Assembly: GCA_043754515.1 (NCBI GenBank)
Contig: JAYUUO010000036.1
Location: 1-56,225, forward strand
Reading direction: 5' to 3'
Length of the DNA: 56,225 bases
Source: Armatimonadota bacterium
GTDB lineage: Bacteria > Armatimonadota > Armatimonadia > Armatimonadales > Armatimonadaceae
Shown here: positions 45,296 to 54,817 of the stretch, piece after piece
Position numbering within the stretch: the stretch's first letter is position 1
Layout of the letters: each line of letters starts with the position of its first letter
Notes under the pieces: model-generated
The model's database searches: none
What the model was told of the DNA's origin: nothing
Seen by the model: the letters and a program-made list of their open reading frames with translations, nothing else
Translations under genes and position numbers: made by a program

Positions 45296-45715
45296 TCAGT
45301 CCTTCTCCCAAACCACGCCGGTGGTTCGATTGCAGTAGAACCATTCGCCATCACCAGAGGCAAACACCTCCAACTCGAGATGATGTTCTCCCCTGTCCCA
45401 AGCGCATGCGACCTGTTGCTCCGCCGCGCCCATGTCCGGTAGCGGTGCGTCCGGCACATCCGCGAGCAGTCGTCGCAGGCAGAGCAGCACGCACCCCGCC
45501 GCACCGGGCGTTGTTCCGCCCTGCGCGACTTCTCGGAACAGGTAATTTTGGTAACGTTCCAAGGGCGGGGGGAACGCGTGACGCGAGAATTCCTCCGCCT
45601 TACTGTAGCGCCCCCACGTCAAGATAATGTAGTCAGTCACTGTTTCGCCGTGCCGTATTGCTTCGGCTTCCAGAGTGGAAAATACATCGTTATCAAGTGT
45701 TAAAGTCGCGGACAT
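45296..45715 (-). CDS. Hypothetical protein with N-terminal RHH/antitoxin-like segment (possibly truncated by a premature TGA)
   Basis: MSATLTLDNDVFSTLEAEAIRHGETV; acidic C-terminal domain AWDRGEHHLELEV; reading frame continues to 45236. Confidence 0.6.
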   Translation of the reverse strand: MSATLTLDNDVFSTLEAEAIRHGETVTDYIILTWGRYSKAEEFSRHAFPPPLERYQNYLFREVAQGGTTPGAAGCVLLCLRRLLADVPDAPLPDMGAAEQQVACAWDRGEHHLELEVFASGDGEWFYCNRTTGVVWEKD

Positions 45716-45751
45716 TCTCGGTTCATACCCTCTTTAATAGTTACAGGACAG

Positions 45752-45792
45752 GAAACAAAACGACCCTCCGCGTTTGTTACACGGAAGGTCGC
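45752..45792 (-). terminator. Intrinsic terminator (attenuator 3:4 hairpin)
   Basis: GCGACCUUCCGUGU-AACAA-ACGCGGAGGGUCGU-UUUGUUUC, 14-bp stem with G-U pairs. Confidence 0.85.
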
Positions 45793-45825
45793 TTTAAAAA
45801 CAGGCCGGAAATCCGTGCGGGAGGG

Positions 45826-45888
45826 CTAAGCGGTAGCGGATGCTATCGCGGCGGCTTGCGTTGCGGATGCCGAAAGGTTGGTTTGCAC
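45826..45888 (-). CDS. Alanine-rich leader peptide MQTNLSASATQAAAIASATA
   Basis: GTG start 9 nt after TATACT; 8 Ala in 20 codons; TAG immediately before the antiterminator/terminator elements. Confidence 0.6.
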   Translation of the reverse strand: MQTNLSASATQAAAIASATA

Positions 45889-45897
45889 TCTGCCGAT

Positions 45898-45927
45898 AGT
45901 ATAACTTGAAGCGAGTGCCTTTGTCAA
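45898..45927 (-). promoter_or_regulatory. Sigma70 promoter of the leader/Lrp/aminotransferase unit
   Basis: Minus strand TTGACA-N18-TATACT. Confidence 0.8.
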
Positions 45928-46024
45928 CTTACGAAAAGTAACTCCGTCAAGCGCGTGCCGTCGTCAGTGCATCCAATCCGGCGGTTCAAGCGAAATCCGT
46001 CACATTTTGGGTACAACGGGAATC

Positions 46025-46642
46025 ATGGAACGAGCCGTGACCGACGACAACGAACTGCCCCGCACACTAACCACGGCCTTGAAAGAGTGGGCCGTAGCGA
46101 TCCGCGCCCTACGCGAGGGCCGCCAGGTCATGCTCCTCCGCAAGGGCGGCATCCGCGAGGCAGAGGGCGAGTTCGTGGTCGAATCGCGCGACGTGTTGCT
46201 GTTCCCGACGTTCGATCATCAGGCCGAACAGGCCGGCACGTTGCAACCGTGCTATGGCGCATGGCGCGAGGACGAGGAGAAGCATCGCCCGAAAGGAGAG
46301 AATGTACGGCTCGACGCATGGGCGCGGATCACTGACATCCTCCTAATACAGCCGGAACGGTTTCCCAAACTATTTACGTTCGGCTCGCAACACATATACG
46401 GGAACGCGTTCCTGAAGTTCCGCTCCGAGAACGAGCCGACTAAGCCATTATACTGCCTGTTTCTGCGCGCGTATAATTTGCCGGAGACGGTGACGTTGCC
46501 TATGGAACCGGATTATTACGGTTGCCGTTCTTGGATTACCCTCGCCAAGGAGCTATCCATCGCGGGGGCGACGCCCGCTTTAACACGTTATACCTATGAG
46601 GAACGTGTCCGCGTGACCAAACGAATACTCACCACCGACTAG
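46025..46642 (+). CDS. DUF1802 family protein
   Basis: ALKEWAVAIRALREGRQVMLLRKGGIRE, LLFPTFDHQ, YYGCRSW. Confidence 0.9.
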   Translation: MERAVTDDNELPRTLTTALKEWAVAIRALREGRQVMLLRKGGIREAEGEFVVESRDVLLFPTFDHQAEQAGTLQPCYGAWREDEEKHRPKGENVRLDAWARITDILLIQPERFPKLFTFGSQHIYGNAFLKFRSENEPTKPLYCLFLRAYNLPETVTLPMEPDYYGCRSWITLAKELSIAGATPALTRYTYEERVRVTKRILTTD

Positions 46643-46658
46643 ACTGAAGGAACAATCC

Positions 46659-47411
46659 ATGATCACCCCGAACCTGCCACAGGGCTTCGCGCTAACGTAT
46701 CTCGGACACGCCACTGTGCTTTTTGAGACCGCGAAGGGAGCGCGCGTTCTTATTGACCCGTTCGTAGAAAACAATCCACTCTGTCCATTAAAGAACGCCG
46801 ACATCGGCAAGTTGGACATGATTCTGATCACCCACTCGCACGACGACCACTTCGCCGACTGCTTGCCTATCGCGAAGGCGACCGGGTGCCGAGTCCTCGC
46901 AGTGCCGGAGGTATGCGGCTACCTCGGTTCCAAGGGCATAGCAGGCGATAATCTAGTCATGGTCAACAAAGGCGGAACGATGCCGTTCGACGACCTCGGA
47001 TTCGCGGTCACTATGACACATGCCGACCACACATCGAGCATCAGCGACGGCGCGAACACGCTCTATGGCGGCGAGCCGATGGGTTTCGTGCTCCATATCC
47101 CCGATGGCGACGACATGTTCACGATTTACCACGCGGGCGATACGGCCATCTTCGGCGATATGCGGCTCATCTCGGAGATATATACGCCCCGCCTGGCCCT
47201 GCTCCCCATCGGCGACCGGTTCACGATGGGCCCGCGCGAAGCCGCCGCCGCGTCCGCCCTGCTCTCCTCCGTTGAGTATGTGATACCAATCCACTACGCG
47301 ACATTTCCCCTCCTGACGGGAACCCCCGACAAGTTCCGCGAGGCACTAAAGCATGTCGAGGCAACCGTTCAGATAGCGGAGATGGAACCCGGACAGACCA
47401 TCCGGGGTTAA
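46659..47411 (+). CDS. Metal-dependent hydrolase, metallo-beta-lactamase fold (UPF0173-like)
   Basis: YLGHA, IDPF, THSHDDH, YHAGDT, LPIGDRFTMGP, IPIHY. Confidence 0.92.
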   Translation: MITPNLPQGFALTYLGHATVLFETAKGARVLIDPFVENNPLCPLKNADIGKLDMILITHSHDDHFADCLPIAKATGCRVLAVPEVCGYLGSKGIAGDNLVMVNKGGTMPFDDLGFAVTMTHADHTSSISDGANTLYGGEPMGFVLHIPDGDDMFTIYHAGDTAIFGDMRLISEIYTPRLALLPIGDRFTMGPREAAAASALLSSVEYVIPIHYATFPLLTGTPDKFREALKHVEATVQIAEMEPGQTIRG

Positions 47412-47422
47412 CTGCTTGCGAT

Positions 47423-47953
47423 ATGGTACTCGATCTGAACGTGCTGTCGGCGCATGTCGAAGCGGAAGAGTTTCGCGCCCTGGGCGACGCCCGATTCGCC
47501 CAGGGTGACCACGAAGACGCCGCCGCGTATTACCAGATGTCGCTCGAGTTGTTCCCCACCGCCGAGGCGCATGTCGCCCTCGCCTGGACCATCGCCGGGC
47601 GCGGTCTGACGGATGAGGCGATCGCGCACTGTGAAGCCGCGATAACCCTCGAACCGGATTTCGGCAACGCCTACAACGATTGGGGGGTTTACCTCCTCCG
47701 CAAGTCCGACGCCGAGGAAGATAAAGAACAGGCCACCGAACTGATAGCGTGTGCCGTCGCGCTATTCGAGCGGGCCATCGTCGCTCCGCGCTATGACTGC
47801 CGCAACTACCCATATTACCACCTGGGTCGTATCCGCGAACTAGAAGGTCGTTTCGCGGAGGCGCGTGACTTGTACAAGAAGTCAATGGAGCTACGCTCGG
47901 AGTTCGCCCCGGCGCGGGGGGCGTACCTCCGCGCGTTGTCGTGGACGAACTAG
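47423..47953 (+). CDS. Tetratricopeptide repeat protein
   Basis: FPTAEAH, EPDFGNAYNDWG, YPYYHLGRI helical repeats. Confidence 0.85.
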   Translation: MVLDLNVLSAHVEAEEFRALGDARFAQGDHEDAAAYYQMSLELFPTAEAHVALAWTIAGRGLTDEAIAHCEAAITLEPDFGNAYNDWGVYLLRKSDAEEDKEQATELIACAVALFERAIVAPRYDCRNYPYYHLGRIRELEGRFAEARDLYKKSMELRSEFAPARGAYLRALSWTN

Positions 47954-48038
47954 CGGAGCCCCCGGACTCTCCCGCGTGATGATCGGATTCCATATAGCGC
48001 ACAACCGTAACAACTAAGATTGGCGGTAAGATGAATCC

Positions 48039-48975
48039 ATGTTCACGCACGACCAACTGTTCTAAAAAGCTACTCCGGCTTTTCTTCCGCGGTTTCATGG
48101 AGTTGTTCTTCCCGCAAGTCGCCGCGTTGATAGACTTCACTTCGGTCCGCTATCTGGAACAAGAAGTGTTTACCGCCTTTCCAGACGGCGATCCCCGCCG
48201 TGCCGATTCGGTTATAGAGGTGCGCACGCTAGACGGTCCCCCCGAGGTAGTGGTTTTTCACGTCGAAACAGAAGTCTGGCGTCGGTCGCCGTTTAACGCC
48301 CGGATGTACGAATACTATGAGTTGCTCACGAGACAACTCAAAAAACCTATTTATCCCATCGTCATCTACCTTTCGCCAGGAACAGGAGGGATAGTCACCG
48401 AAATATACCGGCGGGAGCTATTCGACTTGCTTGTGTTGCAGTTCCAGTACGCGGCGGTAGGCTTGCCGGATCTGGTCGCGGACGACTACCTGCATAGCGA
48501 GAATCTGATAGGTGTTGCTCTTAGCGCGTTGATGAAGCCGGGCGATGCGACGCGCGATTCGGTCGCGCGGAAGTGGAGGGCGATACAAACTATCTTGCAA
48601 AGCCGGGTTAGCGCGCCGCGCAAGGTGTTGCTGACGAATATGGTTGAGCATTAAATTGAACTGACCGAGGCCGAGGCGGTACAATACAGAGATATAGTTG
48701 CGAAACAAGCGACGGGAGAAGAACAAAAAATGCTTTCTATTTACGAAATTCGCGGCATGGAGAAGGGGCGGAAAGAGGGACTGCAACAGGGCCTCACGCA
48801 AGGCTTGCGCGACGGGCAACGGGCTCTCGTTCTTGGTCTGCTGGCATCTAAGTATGGTAATACTCCCGATGCCGTGGTGGCTCGAGTCGGGGCGATGGAC
48901 GAAGCTTGATTGACAGAGACCGCGCGGCGTATACTGGTCGCCCCGACTTTGGCCGAACCAGGGCTACTCGCATAA
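48039..48975 (+). pseudogene. Rpn/YhgA-like recombination-promoting nuclease (putative transposase) pseudogene
   Basis: MFTHDQLF then frameshift to KKLL..FFP; RRADSV; HVETE; RMYEY; EKGRKEGLQQG; in-frame stops at 48652 and 48907. Confidence 0.85.
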
Positions 48976-48977
48976 GT

Positions 48978-50852
48978 CTACCCGCCGCGCAAATGATCGT
49001 ACACGGCTTGCGCGGCGGGCTTGCTCATTCCGGGGGCTTTCGCTAGATCTTCCACCCCGGCGTTTTTCATCCGCTCCACCGAGCCGAAATACTTGAGCAG
49101 ATTCCGGCGGCGCAGAGGCCCGATGCCGGGAACCTCGTCTAGCACTGACATGTTCGCCGCCCGACCGCGCACGGCGCGGTGGTACGTGATTGCGAAGCGG
49201 TGAACCTCGTCCCGGACACGTTGCAGAAGGAACAGTGCCGGCGAGTTGCGCGGTAGCTCTATCGGCTCGTCGCGCCCCGGCACGAACACGGACTCGAACT
49301 GCTTTGCGAGGCCGATCATCGGGAAATCAAACCCGAACTGCTTCATGGCATCTTGCGCCGCCGAGAGTTGACCTTTCCCGCCGTCAATCAGGATCAGATC
49401 CGGTTTCTGCGCGAACTTTGCGTTATTCTCCGACATCTGATTGAAGCGGCGCGACAGCATCTCGAACATCATCGCGAAGTCGTTCGGCGTTCCCTCCGAC
49501 TGCTCGATCTTAAAGCGGCGGTACTCGCTCTTCTTCGGCTTGCCCTCTTCAAACACTATCATGCCACCGACGGCGTGCCGCCCCTGGACGTTCGAGTTGT
49601 CGTAGGCTTCAATACGTCGGAGCGAATTGTCGGGCATCTCCAGATATTTGGCGAGTTGTTGCAACGCGCCGTCAATGCGCCCCTGCTCAGCCGCCGAACT
49701 CGCCTTGATCTGTTGCAGGGCTAGCTCGGCATTCGTCGCGGCCATCTCCAGAAGTTTTTTCTTTTCGCCCTGCTTCGGCACCGTTAGAGTGACCTTCGCG
49801 CCTTTCTTCTGTCGTAGCCACGCCTCAATGATTTCGGACTCCTCCACAAACGTCGGGAGCACGATCTCGCTCGGCACGAACGCGGCGTCCTGATAGTATT
49901 GCTTTAAAAACTCGGTGGTCGCCTCGGTCACACCACCCTCGCCGTCGGTGCCGTCCAGCAAAAAGTGCTCCTGACCGATCAGTTTGCCGCCGCGAATAAA
50001 GAACATCTGCACGCACGCCCCGGCTTCGTCGGCGACCACAGCCATCACGTCCTGATCGCCCGTGGTGGTAGAGATCACCTTCTGCCGCTCGACGATCTGC
50101 CGCACGGAGTGGAGTTGGTCGCGCAGTTTCGCCGCCCGCTCGAACTCCAGATTGTCGGACGCCGCTTCCATCTTCGCCTCCATATCCTTGATCAACTTAT
50201 CCTGACGCCCGGACAGGAACATCTCGACGTCCTTCACCCCCTGCGCGTAGCGATCTTTGTCGGCGAGTCCCGCGCAAGGTGCCTCCGGACACCGCCCCAT
50301 GTGGTGGTAAAGACACGGCCGTTCGTGCTCCTTGTTCGTCCAGGCTTTTCTGCAGGTCACGAGCGGGAAGATTTTGTAGATCAGGTCCATGCTCTGCCAC
50401 ACGGCATGCCCGGAGGTGTACGGCCCGAAGTACCGGTTGCCGTCCCCGTTCTTCACGCGCCGCGTCACCAGTAAGCGTGGGAACGGCTCCGACATCGTTA
50501 ATTGGAGATAAGGGTAGTGCTTATCGTCGCGCAGACGGATGTTATATTTCGGGCGGTGCCGCTTGATCAGGTTACATTCCAGGACGAGTGCTTCGAGTTC
50601 GGTGTCGGTGACTATCCACTCCATGTCAACGATGTTCTGCACGAGCCGCCGGGTCTTCGGGGAATGGTTGGCGGACTTCTGGAAGTAGGAGCGGACACGA
50701 TTTTTGAGGTTTACCGCCTTCCCGACATAGATAATCGTCCCTGTTACATCTTTGTACAGATAGCAACCGGGGTTCGTCGGGAGCGTCGCAAGCCTGTCCG
50801 CGAGCGTCAGGTGGGGAGTCGAGGCGGTGTGATCTACGGGTTCAACAGTCAT
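48978..50852 (-). CDS. uvrC: Excinuclease ABC subunit C
   Basis: LPTNPGCY..IIYVGKA.NLKNRVRSYF, FERAAKLRD, IEAYDNS, LIDGGKGQ, RDEVHRFA, HhH. Confidence 0.98.
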   Translation of the reverse strand: MTVEPVDHTASTPHLTLADRLATLPTNPGCYLYKDVTGTIIYVGKAVNLKNRVRSYFQKSANHSPKTRRLVQNIVDMEWIVTDTELEALVLECNLIKRHRPKYNIRLRDDKHYPYLQLTMSEPFPRLLVTRRVKNGDGNRYFGPYTSGHAVWQSMDLIYKIFPLVTCRKAWTNKEHERPCLYHHMGRCPEAPCAGLADKDRYAQGVKDVEMFLSGRQDKLIKDMEAKMEAASDNLEFERAAKLRDQLHSVRQIVERQKVISTTTGDQDVMAVVADEAGACVQMFFIRGGKLIGQEHFLLDGTDGEGGVTEATTEFLKQYYQDAAFVPSEIVLPTFVEESEIIEAWLRQKKGAKVTLTVPKQGEKKKLLEMAATNAELALQQIKASSAAEQGRIDGALQQLAKYLEMPDNSLRRIEAYDNSNVQGRHAVGGMIVFEEGKPKKSEYRRFKIEQSEGTPNDFAMMFEMLSRRFNQMSENNAKFAQKPDLILIDGGKGQLSAAQDAMKQFGFDFPMIGLAKQFESVFVPGRDEPIELPRNSPALFLLQRVRDEVHRFAITYHRAVRGRAANMSVLDEVPGIGPLRRRNLLKYFGSVERMKNAGVEDLAKAPGMSKPAAQAVYDHLRGG

Positions 50853-51041
50853 AGCGAACTATTGTACCGCCCGTGGTGACATAACAAAACGCCCCAGCTA
50901 TCTACACAATCCGGAGCGCGGACCTTTCCCGCGTCGGTTTGAACGAAACACCAAACGTGGACCGGAGACAAACAACCAACCATACCTTCGGGGGCGAGCA
51001 TCGTCGGGCGAGATGCTGAGTCATCCCGCCCGTGATACCCA

Positions 51042-51503
51042 TTACGCGGCAGGAGATAGATCGTCGGCGGTCGAGGCGTCCACGGCGACATCCGTCCCGC
51101 GCAATCGGTTCCACAACTGATAATCGGTTTCCGATTTGGGGACATACAGATGCGGGTCTTGCGCCTCCTGGCTACCCTGCGCGGTGAAGACTACCGGCGT
51201 TTCCAGCGACAAGTCCAGGTACTTCGCGCCCTGCTCTAATCGCTCGCCGTGCGCCAGTATGGGGATCCGCTTGAGTTCGCTGTTGTCGAAATCCGCCATC
51301 TTCTCGTGGAGCGACTTGATATCGTAGGCAGAGTAGGTGCGCGTGACATGCGGCCCGCCGTGCTGACCCGCGCGGTCCTCGCCGCTCAGGTTCCCGTCGA
51401 ACGTGTCGGTAGATTCGGCGACCTTGTGTGTGTGCGTCTTCTGCGGGTCGTGTCCCGGCGCGTTGGCGGCACCGCTTCCCTGTTTAACGGAGTGAGTAGA
51501 CAT
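51042..51503 (-). CDS. Hypothetical protein
   Basis: RBS GAAGG; hydrophilic N-terminus and globular-looking C-terminus (RLEQGAKYLDL, YVPKSETDYQLWNRL). Confidence 0.7.
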   Translation of the reverse strand: MSTHSVKQGSGAANAPGHDPQKTHTHKVAESTDTFDGNLSGEDRAGQHGGPHVTRTYSAYDIKSLHEKMADFDNSELKRIPILAHGERLEQGAKYLDLSLETPVVFTAQGSQEAQDPHLYVPKSETDYQLWNRLRGTDVAVDASTADDLSPAA

Positions 51504-51566
51504 AAGTGTAAAGTTCCTTCCCGTGCCTTGTTCCCACTTCGTCCCGTTTTCACTCCAACCGTCTGC

Positions 51567-52850
51567 TCATTCCAGGACCCGGAGCGCGGTATCCACGCTA
51601 CGGACGACCGGGAGGGCGTGGATCGCTTCGAGCGCGGCGAGTATGTCCTGTTCCCGCCCCTCGTGCGTCACCCAGACGATCTCCGCTTCCTCATCCGGCA
51701 TCCCGCGCTGGATGACGGATTCGATAGACACATCGTGGTCGCCGAATATGGTCGCGATAGCAGCGAGCGCGCGGGGGCGGTCCAGCACCCGCACCCGCGC
51801 GTAAAACTTCGAGAATGCCGACGCGCCTGGGAGTAATGGCAGGTCGGCGGACGCGGTGTAGGGGACGCGCCCTGTCGCCCCAGCCAGAATGTTGCGTGCG
51901 CAGTGTATGATGTCACCCACGACCGCGCTACCAGTGGGAAGGCCACCGGCACCGCGCCCGATTAGGGTCAGGTCGCCCACCCGGTCGCCGCGCACGAAGA
52001 CGGCATTGAACACGCCATCCACGGCGGCGAGCGGGTGACGTAGCGGGAGCAGAGCCGGGTACACGCGCACCCGGATCCCAATCGGCAGGCCCTGCGCGAC
52101 GGCAAGGAGTTTGATCCGGTAACCGAGTTCGCGGGCGACTACGATATCACGCGGCGAGATGTCGCGTATCCCCTGCGCCGCTACCTCCTCGACGGGGACG
52201 CGCGTGCCAAAGGCGAGGGACGCCAGGATCGCAATTTTATAACGGGCGTCGTGTCCGTCCACATCGGAGGACGGCTCCACTTCGGCATACCCGAGTGCCT
52301 GCGCCTCGGCGAGCACCTTCTCGAAAGCCGCGCCCTCCTCGGTCATCCGCGTCAGAATGTAGTTCGTGGTCCCATTCACGATCCCGGCGATTTCGCGCAC
52401 ATGGTTGCCCGCGAGCGACTCGCCGAGTGTGGCGATGATCGGGATTCCGCCCGCGACGCTCGCCTCCATAAAAAAGTCTTTGCCAGCAGACTGAGCGGCA
52501 AGACGTAGCTCATGCCCGACTTTCGCGACCATCTCCTTATTAGCGGTCACAATGTTCTTGCCGTTCGCGATGGCGCGTTCCACCAGGCCCCGCGCCGGTT
52601 CCACGCCGCCGATCAGTTCCGCGACGATCTCGATCGACGGGTCGTTCGTGACGTCCGCGGGATTCGCTGTTATCACTCCCGCTGGCAAAATCAAATCGCG
52701 CGGCTTGCCGACGTCGCGCACTGCTACCCGGTGCAAAACCACTCGAGCACCGACGCGCGAGGCTATCGAGTCCGCGTTCTCCAACAGTATCCGGGCCGTG
52801 CCGGAGCCCACCGTGCCCAAACCCAGTATCCCGACTTTGATTTCACGCAT
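51567..52850 (-). CDS. hom: Homoserine dehydrogenase with ACT domain
   Basis: GILGLGTVGSG, VTANK, EASVAGGIP, NGTTNYIL, GAGGLPTGSAV; C-terminal ACT. Confidence 0.96.
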   Translation of the reverse strand: MREIKVGILGLGTVGSGTARILLENADSIASRVGARVVLHRVAVRDVGKPRDLILPAGVITANPADVTNDPSIEIVAELIGGVEPARGLVERAIANGKNIVTANKEMVAKVGHELRLAAQSAGKDFFMEASVAGGIPIIATLGESLAGNHVREIAGIVNGTTNYILTRMTEEGAAFEKVLAEAQALGYAEVEPSSDVDGHDARYKIAILASLAFGTRVPVEEVAAQGIRDISPRDIVVARELGYRIKLLAVAQGLPIGIRVRVYPALLPLRHPLAAVDGVFNAVFVRGDRVGDLTLIGRGAGGLPTGSAVVGDIIHCARNILAGATGRVPYTASADLPLLPGASAFSKFYARVRVLDRPRALAAIATIFGDHDVSIESVIQRGMPDEEAEIVWVTHEGREQDILAALEAIHALPVVRSVDTALRVLE

Positions 52851-52977
52851 GGACGATAGTATCGCGGACCGGCGGTATATTCGAGCGGCCCACGACATGC
52901 CTATGGGAATCCGGGTACAGTCGCGCGTGGAACCCGCGCCCGATAGGGAAGCGTAAACAGAGGGAGAACGATACACT

Positions 52978-53385
52978 ATGCCCAAAACAATGAAGCGCAA
53001 CGACCTGGATCTCGCATCCTATAAAACACAACTGCTCGCCTTGAAGGCGTCCGCCGAGGAAACCATCGCCCGGATGAACGCGGCGGACGATGACGGTTTG
53101 AACACCACCGGCTCCGACCGCTCGGACAACAAGACGATCGACCTCGGCACGGAGGTTCAGTTGCGCACGCAGGACGCGGCGTTGATTGAGAACGAGCGCG
53201 ACATGCTCGCCCAGATCGAAGGCGCGCTGGCGAAACTGGAGGATGGCACTTACGGGCTTTCCGAACAGTCGGGCGAGCCGATCCCCCGCGAGCGGCTCGA
53301 CGCGATACCCTACGCGACACTCACCGTCGCCGAGGCGGAGGCGGGCGAGTCCGACCGGACCGCTACACAGGACGAGAACGGTTGA
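52978..53385 (+). CDS. TraR/DksA family protein lacking zinc-finger cysteines
   Basis: IEGALAKLEDGTYGLSEQSGEPIPRERLDAIPYA. Confidence 0.88.
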   Translation: MPKTMKRNDLDLASYKTQLLALKASAEETIARMNAADDDGLNTTGSDRSDNKTIDLGTEVQLRTQDAALIENERDMLAQIEGALAKLEDGTYGLSEQSGEPIPRERLDAIPYATLTVAEAEAGESDRTATQDENG

Positions 53386-53984
53386 GTAGCCCATCGGTAA
53401 GCCCCCTTGATACGATAGTGACGGCAACGAAACCCACGGCGAGCGAGAAGACCGTGCCCGCCACGGCCTTGTATGTTGTGGCGGCTTCGGTCGCGCTACT
53501 CGATCAGGCAGTTAAATCGTGGGCGTTCGCGCACCTGACCATGCTCGGCCGGGACGGGCTGGCGGTGTTGCCGGGGATATTTCATCTGACGTACACCGAG
53601 AACCGCGGCATGGCGTTCTCGCTCCTCGAAGGGCAACGGTTCCTGCTGATCGGCGCGGCCCTGCTCGTCATGGGGGGCATCGTCTGGGCGCAGAGGCGTC
53701 TGGGCACGCGCCTCCCTTTGCCACTCGCCGTATCCCTTGGGCTGGCACTCGGCGGCGCGCTAGGGAACGGTCTCGACCGCGCCCGTCTTGGGCACGTGGT
53801 GGACCTTTTCGACGCCCGGTTCATACACTTCCCGATCTTTAATGTCGCCGACACCGCCATCACGTTCGGGATACTGCTCCTCGCGCTTCGAGTCGCCCAG
53901 TCGCCCGCCGAGGGCGCGGAGATGGTAACCCCCAGCCGCGAATATCAAGGGCACCCGGTTGCCGGGGAAGGGAACACGCCGTAA
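53382..53984 (+). CDS. lspA: Lipoprotein signal peptidase II
   Basis: DQAVK, NRGMAFS, GGALGNGLDR, VVD, FPIFNVAD. Confidence 0.95.
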   Translation: MSSPSVSPLDTIVTATKPTASEKTVPATALYVVAASVALLDQAVKSWAFAHLTMLGRDGLAVLPGIFHLTYTENRGMAFSLLEGQRFLLIGAALLVMGGIVWAQRRLGTRLPLPLAVSLGLALGGALGNGLDRARLGHVVDLFDARFIHFPIFNVADTAITFGILLLALRVAQSPAEGAEMVTPSREYQGHPVAGEGNTP

Positions 53985-54794
53985 ATGTACCCGATCCTTT
54001 TTCACGTCGGTAGCTTCCCCATTCATGCCTGGGGCGTGTTGCTGATGATCGGCTTCCTGCTCGGTACGTGGCGCGCCGCGCGGCACGCCCCCCGCTATCG
54101 GATCGCGTCGGAAGATCTGTGGGACGCCTCCCTGTTCGGGTTGTTCGGCGGCGTACTGGGCGGGCGGTTAGCTTATGTCGCGCAGAACCTCGGGGTATAC
54201 ACACACCACCCGGACCAGATATTCGCGATGTGGAACGGCGGCATGACGTCGTTTGGCGGCTTCCTCGGCGGCGTCGGCGTCGGGCTGTTCGTGATGCGTG
54301 CGCGAAGGCGGAACCTGCTCGACTGCGCCGACCTCGCCGCCCCGTCCCTCGCCATCGGCTATTTCTGGGGGCGTATCGGGTGCTTCCTGAATGGCTGTTG
54401 CTACGGCGGCGCGTGCCCGGAACCGATCGGGATGCATTTTCCTGGAATCGCGGGATCGGTGCATCCGACCCAACTCTACTCGGCGGGCGCGGCGGCGGTT
54501 ATTTACGGCGTCCTAACCGTTGTCGAAAGGAAGCGACAGTTCCGGGGCCAATTGATCCTGTTATTTTGTCTCCTTTACGCTCTGTACCGCTTCATCGTCG
54601 AGTTCTTCCGCGAGGGCGCGACGGCGGACCTTTCCGGCGTCGCCTCGCTGACGACCGCGCAGGTCGCCTGCCTGATGATCGCGCTCCTCGCCGGTGCCCA
54701 CTACCTTTACCGGATGCGGGCACCCGATAAGACGCTCCAGGAAACACCTATTTCCGCCGACGAAGACGCGCCTTCCCCCGTAGCGGCGGCCTGA
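53985..54794 (+). CDS. lgt: Prolipoprotein diacylglyceryl transferase
   Basis: MYPILF, GGRLAYV, GGMTSFGG, GRIGCFLNGCCYG, HPTQLY, RFIVEFFR; adjacent to lspA. Confidence 0.92.
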   Translation: MYPILFHVGSFPIHAWGVLLMIGFLLGTWRAARHAPRYRIASEDLWDASLFGLFGGVLGGRLAYVAQNLGVYTHHPDQIFAMWNGGMTSFGGFLGGVGVGLFVMRARRRNLLDCADLAAPSLAIGYFWGRIGCFLNGCCYGGACPEPIGMHFPGIAGSVHPTQLYSAGAAAVIYGVLTVVERKRQFRGQLILLFCLLYALYRFIVEFFREGATADLSGVASLTTAQVACLMIALLAGAHYLYRMRAPDKTLQETPISADEDAPSPVAAA

Positions 54795-54817
54795 TCACTT
54801 TGTCGCTCGCCTCATCC

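Noticed and set aside
50860..51040. Possible Uma2-like fragment (KVRAPD) or SOS box upstream of uvrC
   Set aside because: Similarity too short and no convincing palindrome
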